Position numbers and translations under genes: made by a program. A stretch of 63,320 nt of DNA, filler included, from Globobulimina sp. (taxonomy: Eukaryota), in NCBI GenBank assembly GCA_003354225.1. It is 56 parts of 56 records of this genome, joined end to end, with 100 filler letters (N's around TTAATTAATTAA, not from the genome) between each part and the next. Parts side by side here need not be neighbours in the genome. Positions count along the whole stretch, not along the records: positions 47,573 to 48,604 come from PIVH01025306.1; positions 48,705 to 49,736 come from PIVH01025307.1; positions 49,837 to 50,868 come from PIVH01025308.1; positions 50,969 to 52,000 come from PIVH01025309.1; positions 52,101 to 53,132 come from PIVH01025310.1; positions 53,233 to 54,264 come from PIVH01025311.1; positions 54,365 to 55,396 come from PIVH01025312.1; positions 55,497 to 56,528 come from PIVH01025313.1; 48 more parts are not named here. The stretch is one strand, 5' to 3'. Positions 47,747 to 59,924 of the stretch are shown piece after piece. Position 1 is the first letter of the stretch. Every line of letters begins with the position of its first letter. The notes below the pieces were generated by a model that was not told the DNA's origin, did not search any database, and saw only the letters and a program-made list of their open reading frames with translations.

Positions 47747-48604
47747 TTAAATGGCAGTATTTCCTTCATTTTGTTGATTATCATCATTTAAATTGGCAAT
47801 AAATCGAAGTAATTTCATTTTATGCGCAATTTTTGTAATTCCCATTAAAGTCAACTCATTGGCGGTGACATATTTTACAGATTGTAAATCTTCAAAACCT
47901 TCTTCCACCAAAATATCAAAATATTGTGGTAATTGAACTACATTTATTAGCCATGATTTTAATTGTTTTTGTCCTGGATTTTGATGAATATTTTCTTTAT
48001 TAATATTTATATCTTTTTGCATTTGTTTTATTTGTTGTTGTAATAATAATATTGAAGTGGTTAAATTATTAATATTATTTTCCTTTTCTTCATTCCCTTT
48101 TTTCTCGTCAAATACATATGATTCCATATTAGTTATCTTATTTGTTAATTGCTGAGCTGTTTTATCTTTGGTATCAATTAAATTTTGTAATGTAGAAATG
48201 GAGTGGCTCATTTCTTGTATTATTTTGTCTTTTTCCTTTTCATTATTATTAATCGAATCCATTTCATTTCTTAATTCTTTGACTGTTTTCTCTTTGGTAT
48301 CAATCATATTTTGCATTGTTTTGCCATTATCGGCTGTTTCTTGTTGGATGGATGTTATTTGATTTGTTAATTGTTGAATTTGTTCACTTTTCTTATTAAT
48401 TATATTCTGCATTGATATCATTTTTGAACTTAATTCTTGAATTAATTCAATATAAACAGGATCCAATTTATGTAATGAAAATATACGATCAATTATAATT
48501 GGATCAGAAATAACACATTCTATGTTTTCCTCTTTTTTCATATTCAAAATCTCAGCACTCACAATAAATGTAAGTTGATTCAATGAACATAACGTTGATA
48601 ATGG
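47747..48604 (-). CDS. Coiled-coil plus SAM-domain protein C-terminus
   Basis: Long heptad region; LKSWLINVVQLPQYFDILVEEGFEDL...LMGITKIAHKMKLL; ends EGNTAI. Confidence 0.8.
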   Translation of the reverse strand, partial: PLSTLCSLNQLTFIVSAEILNMKKEENIECVISDPIIIDRIFSLHKLDPVYIELIQELSSKMISMQNIINKKSEQIQQLTNQITSIQQETADNGKTMQNMIDTKEKTVKELRNEMDSINNNEKEKDKIIQEMSHSISTLQNLIDTKDKTAQQLTNKITNMESYVFDEKKGNEEKENNINNLTTSILLLQQQIKQMQKDININKENIHQNPGQKQLKSWLINVVQLPQYFDILVEEGFEDLQSVKYVTANELTLMGITKIAHKMKLLRFIANLNDDNQQNEGNTAI

Positions 48605-48704
48605 NNNNNNNNNNNNNNNNNNNNNNNNNNNNNNNNNNNNNNNNNNNNTTAATTAATTAANNNNNNNNNNNNNNNNNNNNNNNNNNNNNNNNNNNNNNNN
48701 NNNN

Positions 48705-49735
48705 GGACTTTCATCAGTATTTTTTGACCAATACCACACAGCTACAACGCCACAATAACTGAAGAGCAAGAAATATAACAACAAAAAAGATGAGTGAATT
48801 GAAACTAATGCAAGACATCCAAAGTGGGCATACGTGCAATGTCCGACATTTGAATTGACGGAACAGCCCCAAAATAATGAGATTAACATAAGGAATATAA
48901 TCCATCCATAAACCCGAGTGGTGGTATCTTCTGTTGCTATGACAGTGTAACCAAAGAGCATGGAACCCCATAAAAACATCCATATACAATCCATCAAAAC
49001 TATTGTTATCGAGACACAGATTGTGCCTTTATAATATCCTGCTATTTTGGACGATATTTCCTGTATACAAAACAAATTAATTTGCTGCGAATGGAAATGT
49101 TTGTTGCGAGCAAGCTTAACTAATAAAGCAGTGGAGAAAGCAACGCGAGACCATATGCACCAAGTATATAACACCCAAAATAAGGCTAATAAACCACAAA
49201 TTATTATCATGGCCACATTGACGTAAACGCAAGCAATGATAAATAAAGCAGTCCATGCAACGCAATTTAAAAATAACATCAATCGAATGATGAATGATGC
49301 GAATAACCTCTGTGTATCATAGTGAATAATGAATATTTCATTTGTATCGTACAACATATAATATAGAATTGGTACCATTATTTGCAACCAAATTAGTCCA
49401 AATAATAAACCAGAAACAGCACAGACGGGAATTGTAACCTTTTTTTGTTTTTGCATTTGTATGTTTTGTATGATTATCCGATATAGAAATATGTAATGAA
49501 ATCATACATAAACGCCAGTCCAATCTAATGAATTTGGATCTGGCTGTTCTGATGGAGGCCTATCTTCAATTTGTTCACGTATCTCATCTGCAGAAACGAT
49601 AAAAATATAACAGACTGCAGCTATAACACCTGCAATATGTAAATAATAAATCACGGCACAAAAACAATCTTTGCATTTACGGTTCTTAAAATCCACTCTA
49701 TCGCCATATTGCGACTCGCCATAATCTTCAGACAT
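48705..49735 (-). CDS. Choline transporter-like (CTL/SLC44/PNS1) protein, several introns, 3' partial
   Basis: RKCKDCFCAVIY, SRVAFSTALL and SLFWGCSVNSNVGHCT|YCGVVAVWYW. Confidence 0.85.
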
Positions 49736-49836
49736 TNNNNNNNNNNNNNNNNNNNNNNNNNNNNNNNNNNNNNNNNNNNNTTAATTAATTAANNNNNNNN
49801 NNNNNNNNNNNNNNNNNNNNNNNNNNNNNNNNNNNN

Positions 49837-50046
49837 TGAATGGATTGCTTTTTGATGTGCAAATTGGTTGTTGATGGCAGTCATTTGGAATGAATGGATT
49901 GGTTTTTGATGTGCAAATTGGTTGTGGATGGCAGTCATTTGGAATGAATGGATTGGTTTTTGATGTGCAAATTGGTTGTGGATGGCAGTCATTTTGAATG
50001 AATGGATTGCTTTTTGATGGCAGTCATTTGGAATGAATGGATTGGT
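49837..50046. repeat. 54-bp tandem repeat, about 3.5 copies
   Basis: TGAATGGATT... units start at 49837, 49891, 49945 and 49999. Confidence 0.9.
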
Positions 50047-50365
50047 TTGGTTTGGCACTTACCAAATAAATTGCCATAGCCTAATAAACATTGTAAATGT
50101 ATCTCTTTTTTCAACGTCTTTATTTGTGGCTTTAATATATGCGATGACAGAAACACCGCAGACTGCCAACGTCTTCATTCATGCAACACCAACGCAGGGT
50201 CACCCTTGTTCACTAATTACCGCGTCAGACTCTTTGCCTTGTCGCTCTGTTCATTCAGACAAATCTCCATGTAGCCTGAACTTGACACTTAGAAGGTTTT
50301 TAAGGTAGTTGTTGGTGCAAGGATAAGGAATAAATCTTTTAAAGGAATTAGAACATAATTATAAG

Positions 50366-50866
50366 TTATTTATGATTATGATTATTGTAATTATTATTAT
50401 TATTGCAGAGTGTTGTAGCAGGTAATTGTCCATTGTCAGGAAGCAAATTAAAGACTCCATTCCAATAATTGTTCGGATATGGAGTGAAATCGCAACTGTC
50501 GGGATGAAAGCCCCAAACGATGTTTACTTGCGTAAATAGACCAAATCTCTTGGCTTGTTTTAATTGCGGTAACTGTTTGGCTTTTGTATGTCTGGTAATT
50601 TGTAATTTCTTAAAATTACCTTTATTGTCTGCAAAAATGTAATTACACATCGGCCATTCTACTTTTTTTAAAAATATAATATCTTTTGTTGCATCATCAA
50701 AATGCTCGAATTTAATTCCAAATTCTTGTGCGGTTTCTTGAATGATTTCATTCAAAGGTACCTCGTTCGAGTCATACCAAATTGTGCTCATTATATCATG
50801 ACAGTCACCGCCGTTTGCTACGATGAATACGAAGTCCGATTCCTCGATATCACCTCTTGTTTGTAT
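50366..50866 (-). CDS. Hypothetical protein C-terminal fragment
   Basis: Frame open from the contig end to the stop at 50366. Confidence 0.45.
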   Translation of the reverse strand: MQTRGDIEESDFVFIVANGGDCHDIMSTIWYDSNEVPLNEIIQETAQEFGIKFEHFDDATKDIIFLKKVEWPMCNYIFADNKGNFKKLQITRHTKAKQLPQLKQAKRFGLFTQVNIVWGFHPDSCDFTPYPNNYWNGVFNLLPDNGQLPATTLCNNNNNYNNHNHK

Positions 50867-51277
50867 CANNNNNNNNNNNNNNNNNNNNNNNNNNNNNNNN
50901 NNNNNNNNNNNNTTAATTAATTAANNNNNNNNNNNNNNNNNNNNNNNNNNNNNNNNNNNNNNNNNNNNTTCATTTTGGTTCATTATTATTATTATTATTA
51001 TTGAATTCCAGATTGGACCAATTGACCACCATTTTCTATAAATTGTAATTCGATTCTGTCGAGAACAAATTGCTATTCTTCCTAATCCTACGCCATGCAA
51101 ATAACAAAAATATTTATTCAGACTGCATGTTTAATAGGGCTTTCCGATATGTACTGCAAATGTCTTGCTGTTTGAAAAGTTTTTTCTTTTTTTCATGATC
51201 ATATCGAACACCTCGGCAAACGCTATTTATGTGCCACCAAAACATATTGGTTTTGTTGGTGATTTGCTGGTGCGTAA

Positions 51278-51341
51278 ATCCACGTAGCTCAATCGGTAGA
51301 GCATGTAGGGAATCCAGGTTCAAATCCTGGCGTGGTATTTT
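51278..51341 (+). ncRNA. tRNA-like structure lacking the anticodon arm (copy 2)
   Basis: CCACG-TA-GCTC-AATCGGTA-GAGC, 11-nt linker, CCAGG-TTCAAAT-CCTGG-CGTGG, then TATTTT; near-consensus A and B boxes. Confidence 0.7.
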
Positions 51342-52101
51342 GGCGGAGATGACGCAATGGTTCCATCACATGGTCTTATACACAGTCTAATCATTGGCGA
51401 TCTGTTATAATGTTATTAACGATCGATATGGAGCTTGTTTATAATGAATGGGTCAGAACAAAAAATTGCGAATTGGTATTTTCATTATAATCAAGCCACA
51501 TGGCCTTTATGTTATGGATATCATATTTTGGAATTTTGAAAAAGAAACGTTGTTCATATGGACACGTTTCAAAGGGGACATTATGGCAACGCATCATAGG
51601 ACGGATATTTGTATAAAGAAACAGAAACAGTGCGATATTTGCGAGATGAATGAATAATATGGACTGGGAATAAAACGAATAGATAGATACACATATAAAG
51701 TGGATAGAAATGGTATTATACGAGTGATCGTTGTTTTACTTTTTGAGTGTTATATTTCATCCTTGCACAAAGAACATAATTATGTATCCTTGCACAAAGA
51801 ACATAATACTTATTTACTAAAATTAAATTAATTTACAATTGAAGTTTCCTGTCATGCAGCCATTGTTTATCCACAACTTGTAATATTAAAGCAGATGGAT
51901 ATTGTCACAACACAAAAACACAAAAATCATAATCACAACAACCAAATATAAACTCATACCATCCTGCACAAGCATTGGCGTTCCAGCCGTAAAATACAAC
52001 NNNNNNNNNNNNNNNNNNNNNNNNNNNNNNNNNNNNNNNNNNNNTTAATTAATTAANNNNNNNNNNNNNNNNNNNNNNNNNNNNNNNNNNNNNNNNNNNN
52101 T

Positions 52102-52998
52102 TAAATTGTTTATTTAATATTCAATACAAATATTATAAAAATAAATGGTGAACCATTTAACATCGCATTGTTGGAGGGATTAATAATTTTATGCTGCCTG
52201 CCATCAACAATCGCGTCATCCATCGTATATACACAAAGTAGCGGTGGTAACGAAGCTGCTGCCATAATCAATGCAACTTTATCCAATACATTTGCTATCA
52301 TATTGTCCCCCGCATTGATTTATTTATATTTGGGCAATCTGACAAATATCGATGTTGTTGATGTTGTATTTAAATTATCGATGAGAGTCATTGTACCATT
52401 CATTATTGGACAACTTATACGGTTTATGTTTACAAATTTTGTTACTTCCTTTGTCAAGAAATATAAGTTATATTTGAAAAAAGTCAGTGACATTTCGATT
52501 TTATACATTGTGTTTTGTTCAATGTCAGATACATTTAATACTGATTTTGATGCAACATTTATTGAGATTGCTATCATGTTAGTTATTGTTATATTTATTC
52601 ATATATTGACAATGTGCATTGTGTGGCTGTTATCTGGTATTTGTACGGTTGGTAATATCAAAAATAAAGAATATATTATGATGGAAACGGATAACAGAAA
52701 ATGCGATGAGTGTATGCTGTTTGATATTTATGATAGGATAACAATTTTATATTGTTCCATACAAAAAACTGTAGCATTTGGAATACCGATAATTGATACA
52801 TTGTATTTTGATGATGATAACTATGGCATCTACATCTTACCATTGTTGTTGTATGTGCCCGTTCAATTAATCATTGATAGCTTTTGTATGACTCATTTAA
52901 GTGAAAAGTCCAGGAAATATACAAACTTTATTAACAATATTAGTGAGGAAAAGGTGTCATTAGCTGCAATTCCATTATTTCAGATGAAAACAACTTAA
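52102..52998 (+). CDS. SLC10A7/SBF-like sodium-dependent transporter, 5' partial
   Basis: CLPSTIASSIVYTQSSGGNEAAAIINATLSN, QKTVAFGIP and PLLLYVPVQL. Confidence 0.9.
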
Positions 52999-53232
52999 TT
53001 GAGTTATATAAGTGTATACTGTTTATATAACTGTAAACCATTTCGCTTTAAACGTTTTTTTGTTGAAGTTGAGTTTTAAAAATCCTAGCTTTTCGAAAAT
53101 AGTAATTGTGCAGAAAATGGAAGTTGCAACAGNNNNNNNNNNNNNNNNNNNNNNNNNNNNNNNNNNNNNNNNNNNNTTAATTAATTAANNNNNNNNNNNN
53201 NNNNNNNNNNNNNNNNNNNNNNNNNNNNNNNN

Positions 53233-54264
53233 GTCAATATTCTCATGCCTAACCCTTTCACTTTCATTTTGATTCGTATTCTCAATCTCAACCCGGACGA
53301 TCCCACTGATGCCGCGACCGCCATTTACCTGATTTACCGCTATATTATTTGCATGATCATATTCTTGGCGTGCTTTATAACCAAACTGTTCTGGTTGTTG
53401 TTGTTGTTGTACATGTTGATTCTGATTATTCTGATTCCTATGTCCATTTTGATTCTGAATATTCTGATTAGCATTCCTCAAAACTGGCTGGTCCACAAGC
53501 TCTGGGACATAGGCACCCAGACGAGTTAAACCGGCATCTTTTCTAAACTTCCGATCCGAGGTCAGATCACTCGGCAAATTATCTAATATAAAATCATACA
53601 TTCTTCCTTTGATCATAGTGGAATGAAACTTCATTTTGTCCGGTTTGTTGCTCATATAATGAGGATATATGCGATGTCCATATTGATAAATTTCATTATT
53701 CATTGGAATGCCATTATCTTTCGGAAATATTGCGGCTTTCCCCGTTTTGGGGAAATCCAATGCAAAGGAATGGTATTTGGCAATTTCTAAACAATCCTTG
53801 TGTCCGATACCTTGTACGTTATGCTCACTGTACGCCTCATGCAACTCTGACAATTCTGCAGTATTTTCATGCAACGCATACTCTAAAAAATAATCCACGA
53901 TCGTATAATCATCGATGTATTCAGGCAACGATAACTGACCCTGTTCGTCAAATTTCTGCACTTTAATATGATATTTATATTCCATATCATAGTCGTTGTT
54001 TGGTAACAAATCCTTTTGGGTCACCACCAGAAACTCATCGCCATCCAAATCAGCGCCACTCATTGCAAAGACCGGCGAGGTTTTACAGCTGGTTTGCGTC
54101 GAAAACAGTAAACATTCACCGTCACACAAATTATTTAATAACTCACTATTGACTCCGGTAAATAACTTATAACCTCGGGGATGAAGGCAGGGGTTTTTCA
54201 ATAAGCCGCATTGGCCTTCGTATACCAGATATTTTGGGCGCGGTGTTTTACAAAATTGATTCGA
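53233..54264 (-). CDS. Cellular (RNAi-type) RNA-dependent RNA polymerase, catalytic region
   Basis: KNPCLHP, SGADLDGDEF, ALDFPKTG, YPHYM and S..IKGRMYD. Confidence 0.95.
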
Positions 54265-54365
54265 NNNNNNNNNNNNNNNNNNNNNNNNNNNNNNNNNNNN
54301 NNNNNNNNTTAATTAATTAANNNNNNNNNNNNNNNNNNNNNNNNNNNNNNNNNNNNNNNNNNNNT

Positions 54366-54599
54366 GTCGCAGATGCAGAGTGTCGCAAGGCATGGGTCTG
54401 TGATGACTATGGCAGAAATTGCAAGGTGAAGCAGATCTGTGACAGCACGATTGATTTACCATCTGTTGAAGTTGATCCTATTAAACCGTTACCGTCTGTC
54501 GAACTTAAGCCACTACCTTCTGTGAAATTACCTCCGCTTGGCACGACAAAGTGCGAATATAAACAAGTGAATGGTGTTTGGAAAAATGTTTGCAAATAA
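54366..54599 (+). CDS. Small Cys/Pro-rich bacterial protein (integron cassette ORF), 5' partial; absent from the ORF track
   Basis: ADAECRKAWVCDDYGRNCKVKQICDSTIDLPSV...PLPSV...CEYKQVNGVWKNVCK*; the stop lies 8 bp before the attC. Confidence 0.7.
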   Translation, partial: VADAECRKAWVCDDYGRNCKVKQICDSTIDLPSVEVDPIKPLPSVELKPLPSVKLPPLGTTKCEYKQVNGVWKNVCK

Positions 54600-54607
54600 A
54601 CTGCTCA

Positions 54608-54735
54608 GTCTAACAACACCATTCACCCAACTGGCAGGGTGATGTCGCTTTGAAATTTTGTAGTTTTCGATAGTTTTTCACTTTTTTGATATAATCCGTC
54701 ATACCATGCCAGCTGGGTGGTGGTGAGCGTTCAAC
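54608..54735 (+). mobile_element. Integron attC site
   Basis: R'' GTCTAAC; imperfect inverted arms CACCATTCACCCAACTGGCAGGGT / ACCATGCCAGCTGGGTGGTGGTG with one extrahelical base; ends GCGTT. Confidence 0.75.
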
Positions 54736-55044
54736 AGTCTTCACTATCAAAGTTCATCCCTAAGGTGCATATAGCAATAGCAAGTCAATACCCCAGATAA
54801 GATCAGACCAACCCCAATATATATGTGCCTGCATCTCGATTTTCTGACGCACTTCAAATATCAGGAGGCATCTATATACCAGACACCTCAAACGTTGAAA
54901 TTCACCCTATAATATTACTCTATGTTAAAAAATCAGATGGTGTTATTCAGAGTTTCAAGGGTGCGGAAGGGATATAACGAGGATCTAATCTGACAGACAC
55001 CTTATCAAAACCGGCACCTGTCTGATCAGATACGAATATTACAA

Positions 55045-55396
55045 TTAAATAAAGTTTGTAAGGTTTGCCTCAAGGCTTTCTATAGCCCTAAGCATCCCCA
55101 TTTTCCCCAAAATTTGTAATCGCCAAATTTCATCATGTATTTTTTCATATGTTTTTTGATGCATGCCTTTTGGTCTTGAAGGAATCGGTGAATCCAATCC
55201 TGCTTCACCACCAAGTTTTTCTTTTATTTTATATGCTCTATTCAACATCCTTCCGTATTTAGGTTCATTACAAGATTCATAAGTTAAATTACAGCAATGG
55301 CGACAAAGATAATATTTCCCGGCACCATACAGGAGAGCCACACGCCTATTACAATGAGGACAAAGAAACCATTGACGGAATCCACCGTAGTTGCAA
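55045..55396 (-). CDS. Conserved bacterial Zn-finger hypothetical protein, 5' partial
   Basis: YGGFRQWFLCPHCNRRVALLY...CRHCCNLTYES...RPKGMHQKTY. Confidence 0.7.
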
Positions 55397-55496
55397 NNNN
55401 NNNNNNNNNNNNNNNNNNNNNNNNNNNNNNNNNNNNNNNNTTAATTAATTAANNNNNNNNNNNNNNNNNNNNNNNNNNNNNNNNNNNNNNNNNNNN

Positions 55497-56026
55497 ATCA
55501 ATGCAGGCGGTTCGAAGCTGGAACTTTGTTTTTTGATATATTGGGATATGAATATCCTCGCGAAGCTGCACAGTATTTAAATATTTATGATTCAAACATA
55601 CATTTCAGGCAATTATTGCAACATAGCACTGGATTTGAAAGAGATTTGATGTTATCATTTTTAGAGGAGAATAGGGTCGGTGTTGTTCAATATCATAAAC
55701 AAATTGAGAATGTAAGAAAATTAAAAAACATATTTTTAGATTATTTTGCAGCGAATAATTTAGATATTATGGTTTATCCGACATTGACAGTTGAACCGCC
55801 ATTACGTAATTCGAATGAAAAAGTTGACTTTGAATTGATTGTATCGAAAATTCCACAAAACACAGTGCCTACGGCATTGGCACAGATTCCATGTATTACC
55901 ATTCCTGGAGTTAAAATTAAAGAAAGTAAATTTGTGGCTGGATTTGAGATGTGTTCTACACCAAATTTCGATGAAAAACTCTTGAAAATTGCGTCTTTAT
56001 TGATTGATATCATCAATGAAAGCTGA
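55497..56026 (+). CDS. Amidase-signature family protein C-terminus
   Basis: LDIMVYPT, NTVPTALAQIPCITIP and GFEM...DEKLLKIA. Confidence 0.8.
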
Positions 56027-56128
56027 TGTTAACCTTAATTATTGTTTGTATATACCTTAATGAAAGCTGATGTTAACAAAGCAGAAAGGTTTTAGTGATA
56101 AAGTCAGAAAAAGTGCGAGATGTCGGAG

Positions 56129-56528
56129 TTAATATACATCAAAAAAGCGAAAACAATTATGTTCATTATCTTTCACTTGCATCCATTTTAACCAACCTTT
56201 GTGATTTGAATATTTCAGATTTCGTTTATTCAATATTACACATTTTGCATTATGTTGTATCTTCCAATCCTTTTTTTGATGCTTTCTACTGCAGTAATAT
56301 ACTGATTTACATTGTGAACATTTTTTCAAATTTCCATTTTTCGCGTTACATCTGAAATAATTACATTCTTTTAAAGCACATAAATTTTTCATAATTTCAT
56401 AAGATTTATCGTTGCTAAAATATTCAACCCAACGGAATAAATATTTATTGGATATTTCCTTTTGTGCGGTTTTTTTCATCATGTGCATAAAGACCGAAAA
56501 TGCATTATTTTGTAACCCTCTGTGAAAT
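56129..56528 (-). CDS. MYND zinc-finger protein C-terminus
   Basis: CNYFRC...LKKCSQCKSVYYCSRKHQKKDWKIQHNAKC. Confidence 0.9.
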
Positions 56529-56628
56529 NNNNNNNNNNNNNNNNNNNNNNNNNNNNNNNNNNNNNNNNNNNNTTAATTAATTAANNNNNNNNNNNNNNNN
56601 NNNNNNNNNNNNNNNNNNNNNNNNNNNN

Positions 56629-57660
56629 TATCTTTTGTAATTTATGTTTAAATGGCTGTTGAGCCCATATACTTTTTACTTTGTTTGTAGTGACAAACTG
56701 TTTTGCTTTCAATAAAATTAAATTATTATATTGTTGTTTGGTAATATTAGGATCGCCAGAAAATAATAATTCATCCTTCAAACTCGAATATTTTCCTTTT
56801 TTAATATATAAATCCGACACAGAATACCCTACAAAATCATTTTTATTATAACTATGTTGTTGCTGTTTAATATCAGCAGGTTCATAATAATATGGCCAAT
56901 ACCAAAACACAAATCCGGTTGAAAATTCTGATGATTTCACTGTCAAATTAATTATTAAACATTTATATGAATATAACAAAATATAACACAAACATACACC
57001 GTGAGTCGTTAAGATATGCCGTCATTTATTGTGTCATCTGTTTATTTGTGCATTGTTTTAATATATTTGAAGTTGTCTCGTTTGCATATTCGTCAATATC
57101 ATCCATCAATGCATCGGTATCATATTCGCCATCATTCAAATATCTGTGCAATAAAATCAAATTATCCATGGAAATCGCATCATTTCTTTGAATCTCTAAA
57201 TATACACTCTCCAAATATGTCCATTCTGAATCTGTAAACAACAAATATATGACATTAAAGTGCAAGGATAAAATCTAAGAAAATACCATTTGGAGTCTGT
57301 CCGTTTCCTTTAATTGCATCAATAGTAAATTTATTATGTTTTGTCTCAAATCGCCCAAAAAACTCAGCCAATTTCTTCCTTTTTTGAGCAATGTCTTGCT
57401 TTCTTTCTGCAAATTCTTTATCAATACAACTTTGTAAATTTTCTTTTGTTTCTTGTTGATTACTATCATTATTTGCATTGTATTTATATCTCAATCCAGA
57501 CTCAAATAAATGTAATAAAAAATAGTGAATATTATCAAATGTGTCTTGATAGAACGCATACTTTGCATCAATTTGTTGGTTATTATTATTATGATTGGCA
57601 TCTCGCGCATTATTCAAACAGTGTCTGTCTGTCATTTGACATTGAAAAATATCGCATTTC
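56629..57660 (-). CDS. Intron-containing hypothetical protein fragment (three exons)
   Basis: Three consecutive ORFs separated by short AT-rich intron-like gaps: DNIHYFLLHLFESGLR, EYDTDALMDD and GFVFWYWPYY...KYSSLKDELL. Confidence 0.6.
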
Positions 57661-57760
57661 NNNNNNNNNNNNNNNNNNNNNNNNNNNNNNNNNNNNNNNN
57701 NNNNTTAATTAATTAANNNNNNNNNNNNNNNNNNNNNNNNNNNNNNNNNNNNNNNNNNNN

Positions 57761-58717
57761 TCTATGAATACTGTCCATTCTCATATCAGTTTTACTAATA
57801 TTCCAGACACAGTTTATGCGATATTTGAATAAATCTTCATTCAGTTCATAGTATTCCTTACGATACAAATATTTCATTATCGACAATAATTCATTAGTTC
57901 TGATACTATGGTCCGAGCTGACGATATTTTCAAATTTAACCATCAAAAACGATTTGTTGTTGGCTTTAAATAAATTCATAACTTCAATATTGCGATTCCA
58001 TTTTGCCGCCATTCCTTTGTTTTTCTTCAAAAATTTCAAAAACTTAGTCATATTATAACCGTTCAGCAGCACATGTCTTCGGTGTCTATTTCCAGCGCCC
58101 TTTGAATTCCCCTGCCAATAATTAAAAAGCGCAAACATAGCGTTCCAAGGGTCACGTACTATGAATATTGCGTTTGCTGTTAGGTTCCCATTGAATTTCC
58201 GGAACTCATTCAGAGAGATATTTTGCTTCTTGGTTCTAACCATAGTCTCTCCCTTCAATACAGCATCGAGAGTATCCGCAGACATGTGTTCGCCATGGAA
58301 TTTCACCACAATTGTCTCAGTGGAACAATAATCAGACCCCACATATCCCTCCCGTTTGAATTCTCCAGTATAGAGGCTTCCGGTGTATATTTTACTGACA
58401 TATTCAATTAGTAAACGGATAAATGTATTGCCGGAGCCTCCATAACTTATTAAATATGGTGGATTGTTGTGTTGCAATATGGTACTCCGTATAGACTGTG
58501 TTTCTGGATTATCGAAAGATGGCAGTAATGAAATTCCTTCCATTGCAGATTGACAGTATTCAGGAAACGAAAGGTTTGCTTGCAAGGGCGCACTTTGTGT
58601 GGCTGATAGTGTTTCCACTGTTTTGTTGTTGGTGGTAAATTTTAAGATCTCGTACGTCAATTGAACCATGAAAAATATACATAATAAAAGAAGGAGCGTT
58701 GAATACGTTGATGCCAT
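57761..58717 (-). CDS. Type II membrane sulfotransferase (WSCD-like), 3' partial
   Basis: N-terminal anchor; LISYGGSGNTFIRLLIE...YTGSLY, VVKFH and IFIVRDP. Confidence 0.85.
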
Positions 58718-58892
58718 TATTAGTTTAAATAAAGCTAGTACTTCAACTCACAGTGTATTTTAATAATGTCAGCTAAAGAGGAAGATGACGACNNNNNNNN
58801 NNNNNNNNNNNNNNNNNNNNNNNNNNNNNNNNNNNNTTAATTAATTAANNNNNNNNNNNNNNNNNNNNNNNNNNNNNNNNNNNNNNNNNNNN

Positions 58893-59924
58893 CTCATATT
58901 ATCCAAAGATGATGAATGCAAACAGCAGCAGCCATAATAATTTACAATTTGAAAAAAGTAACAATCCACACCACAGCAATAATACAACGGACAGCAACAA
59001 CCCAATATACAGCCACAGCCAGAATCCAAAGGATAGCAATAACCCAATACACAGCCATAACTATGCCAGGGACAGCTACAATAACATATATAATTTCCAT
59101 TTCCCTGAAACTCCAACGAGTACATATATGAATGGAATAATACAGTCATTCAACACAACTCCATCATCAAATGCCTCGAATGATAATATCGATATCGATG
59201 CACAAATGGCTGACGCAAAGGAGAAACTTAGAGAGGGATTATTAAAGATAGAGTTAGCTGATCTTTATCAAGAACTATTACTTTCGAGTGATGAGGATAC
59301 GGCGGAACAACCGATGGAATTCCAAAACGGAGCTGGAGCTGATTATGAAGTCGAGCATATGTTATCAAATGACAGATATCCTTCGTTTGCGTATGTTTTT
59401 ATATCCTTCCTTTTGAACTGTAAACCATTTATATTATAATAAATACGTAGCGGTATATGTAATGCAATGAATAATGCAATGAATAATACGAGTTAACCAA
59501 ATTTATTTGTGTTTGTATACTAAAAAATTGTGATAAAATAATAATAGATATGGATGGGGATGATATAACAGAGGAAATTGTACACGACTCTGAAGCGAAA
59601 AGCGAATTCTTAAATGATAGTTATAATATTATATATATTAACAACAATGAGAATAAAAACAATGATAATAAAAATCAACCAAATACATTACATCCACTCC
59701 AATTACCATTACAATCACCATTCAAAAAAAACAGGAAATCACATTTTAAAGCTCTACATCCCCCTCGTCCTTCTCATGCGTATGTTTTTATATTTACTTT
59801 TTATTTGTTTTATCATACAATAAATAATAAATAAATAAATACGTAGAGAAATTGATGAAATGTATAATAATATGATGGATATTAAATGTAATAAATGTAG
59901 CAAATTAATGGTGCACTACGCCTG
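58893..59924 (+). CDS. Asn-rich hypothetical protein with introns
   Basis: Repeated SNNPIxSH units; GT..AG introns at 59391-59450 and 59780-59846. Confidence 0.45.

Noticed and set aside
51342-51420. A further tRNA (GGCGGAGATGACGCAATGGTT...CTTATAC)
   Set aside because: Only a vague A-box-like start; no T-arm or closing acceptor stem found.
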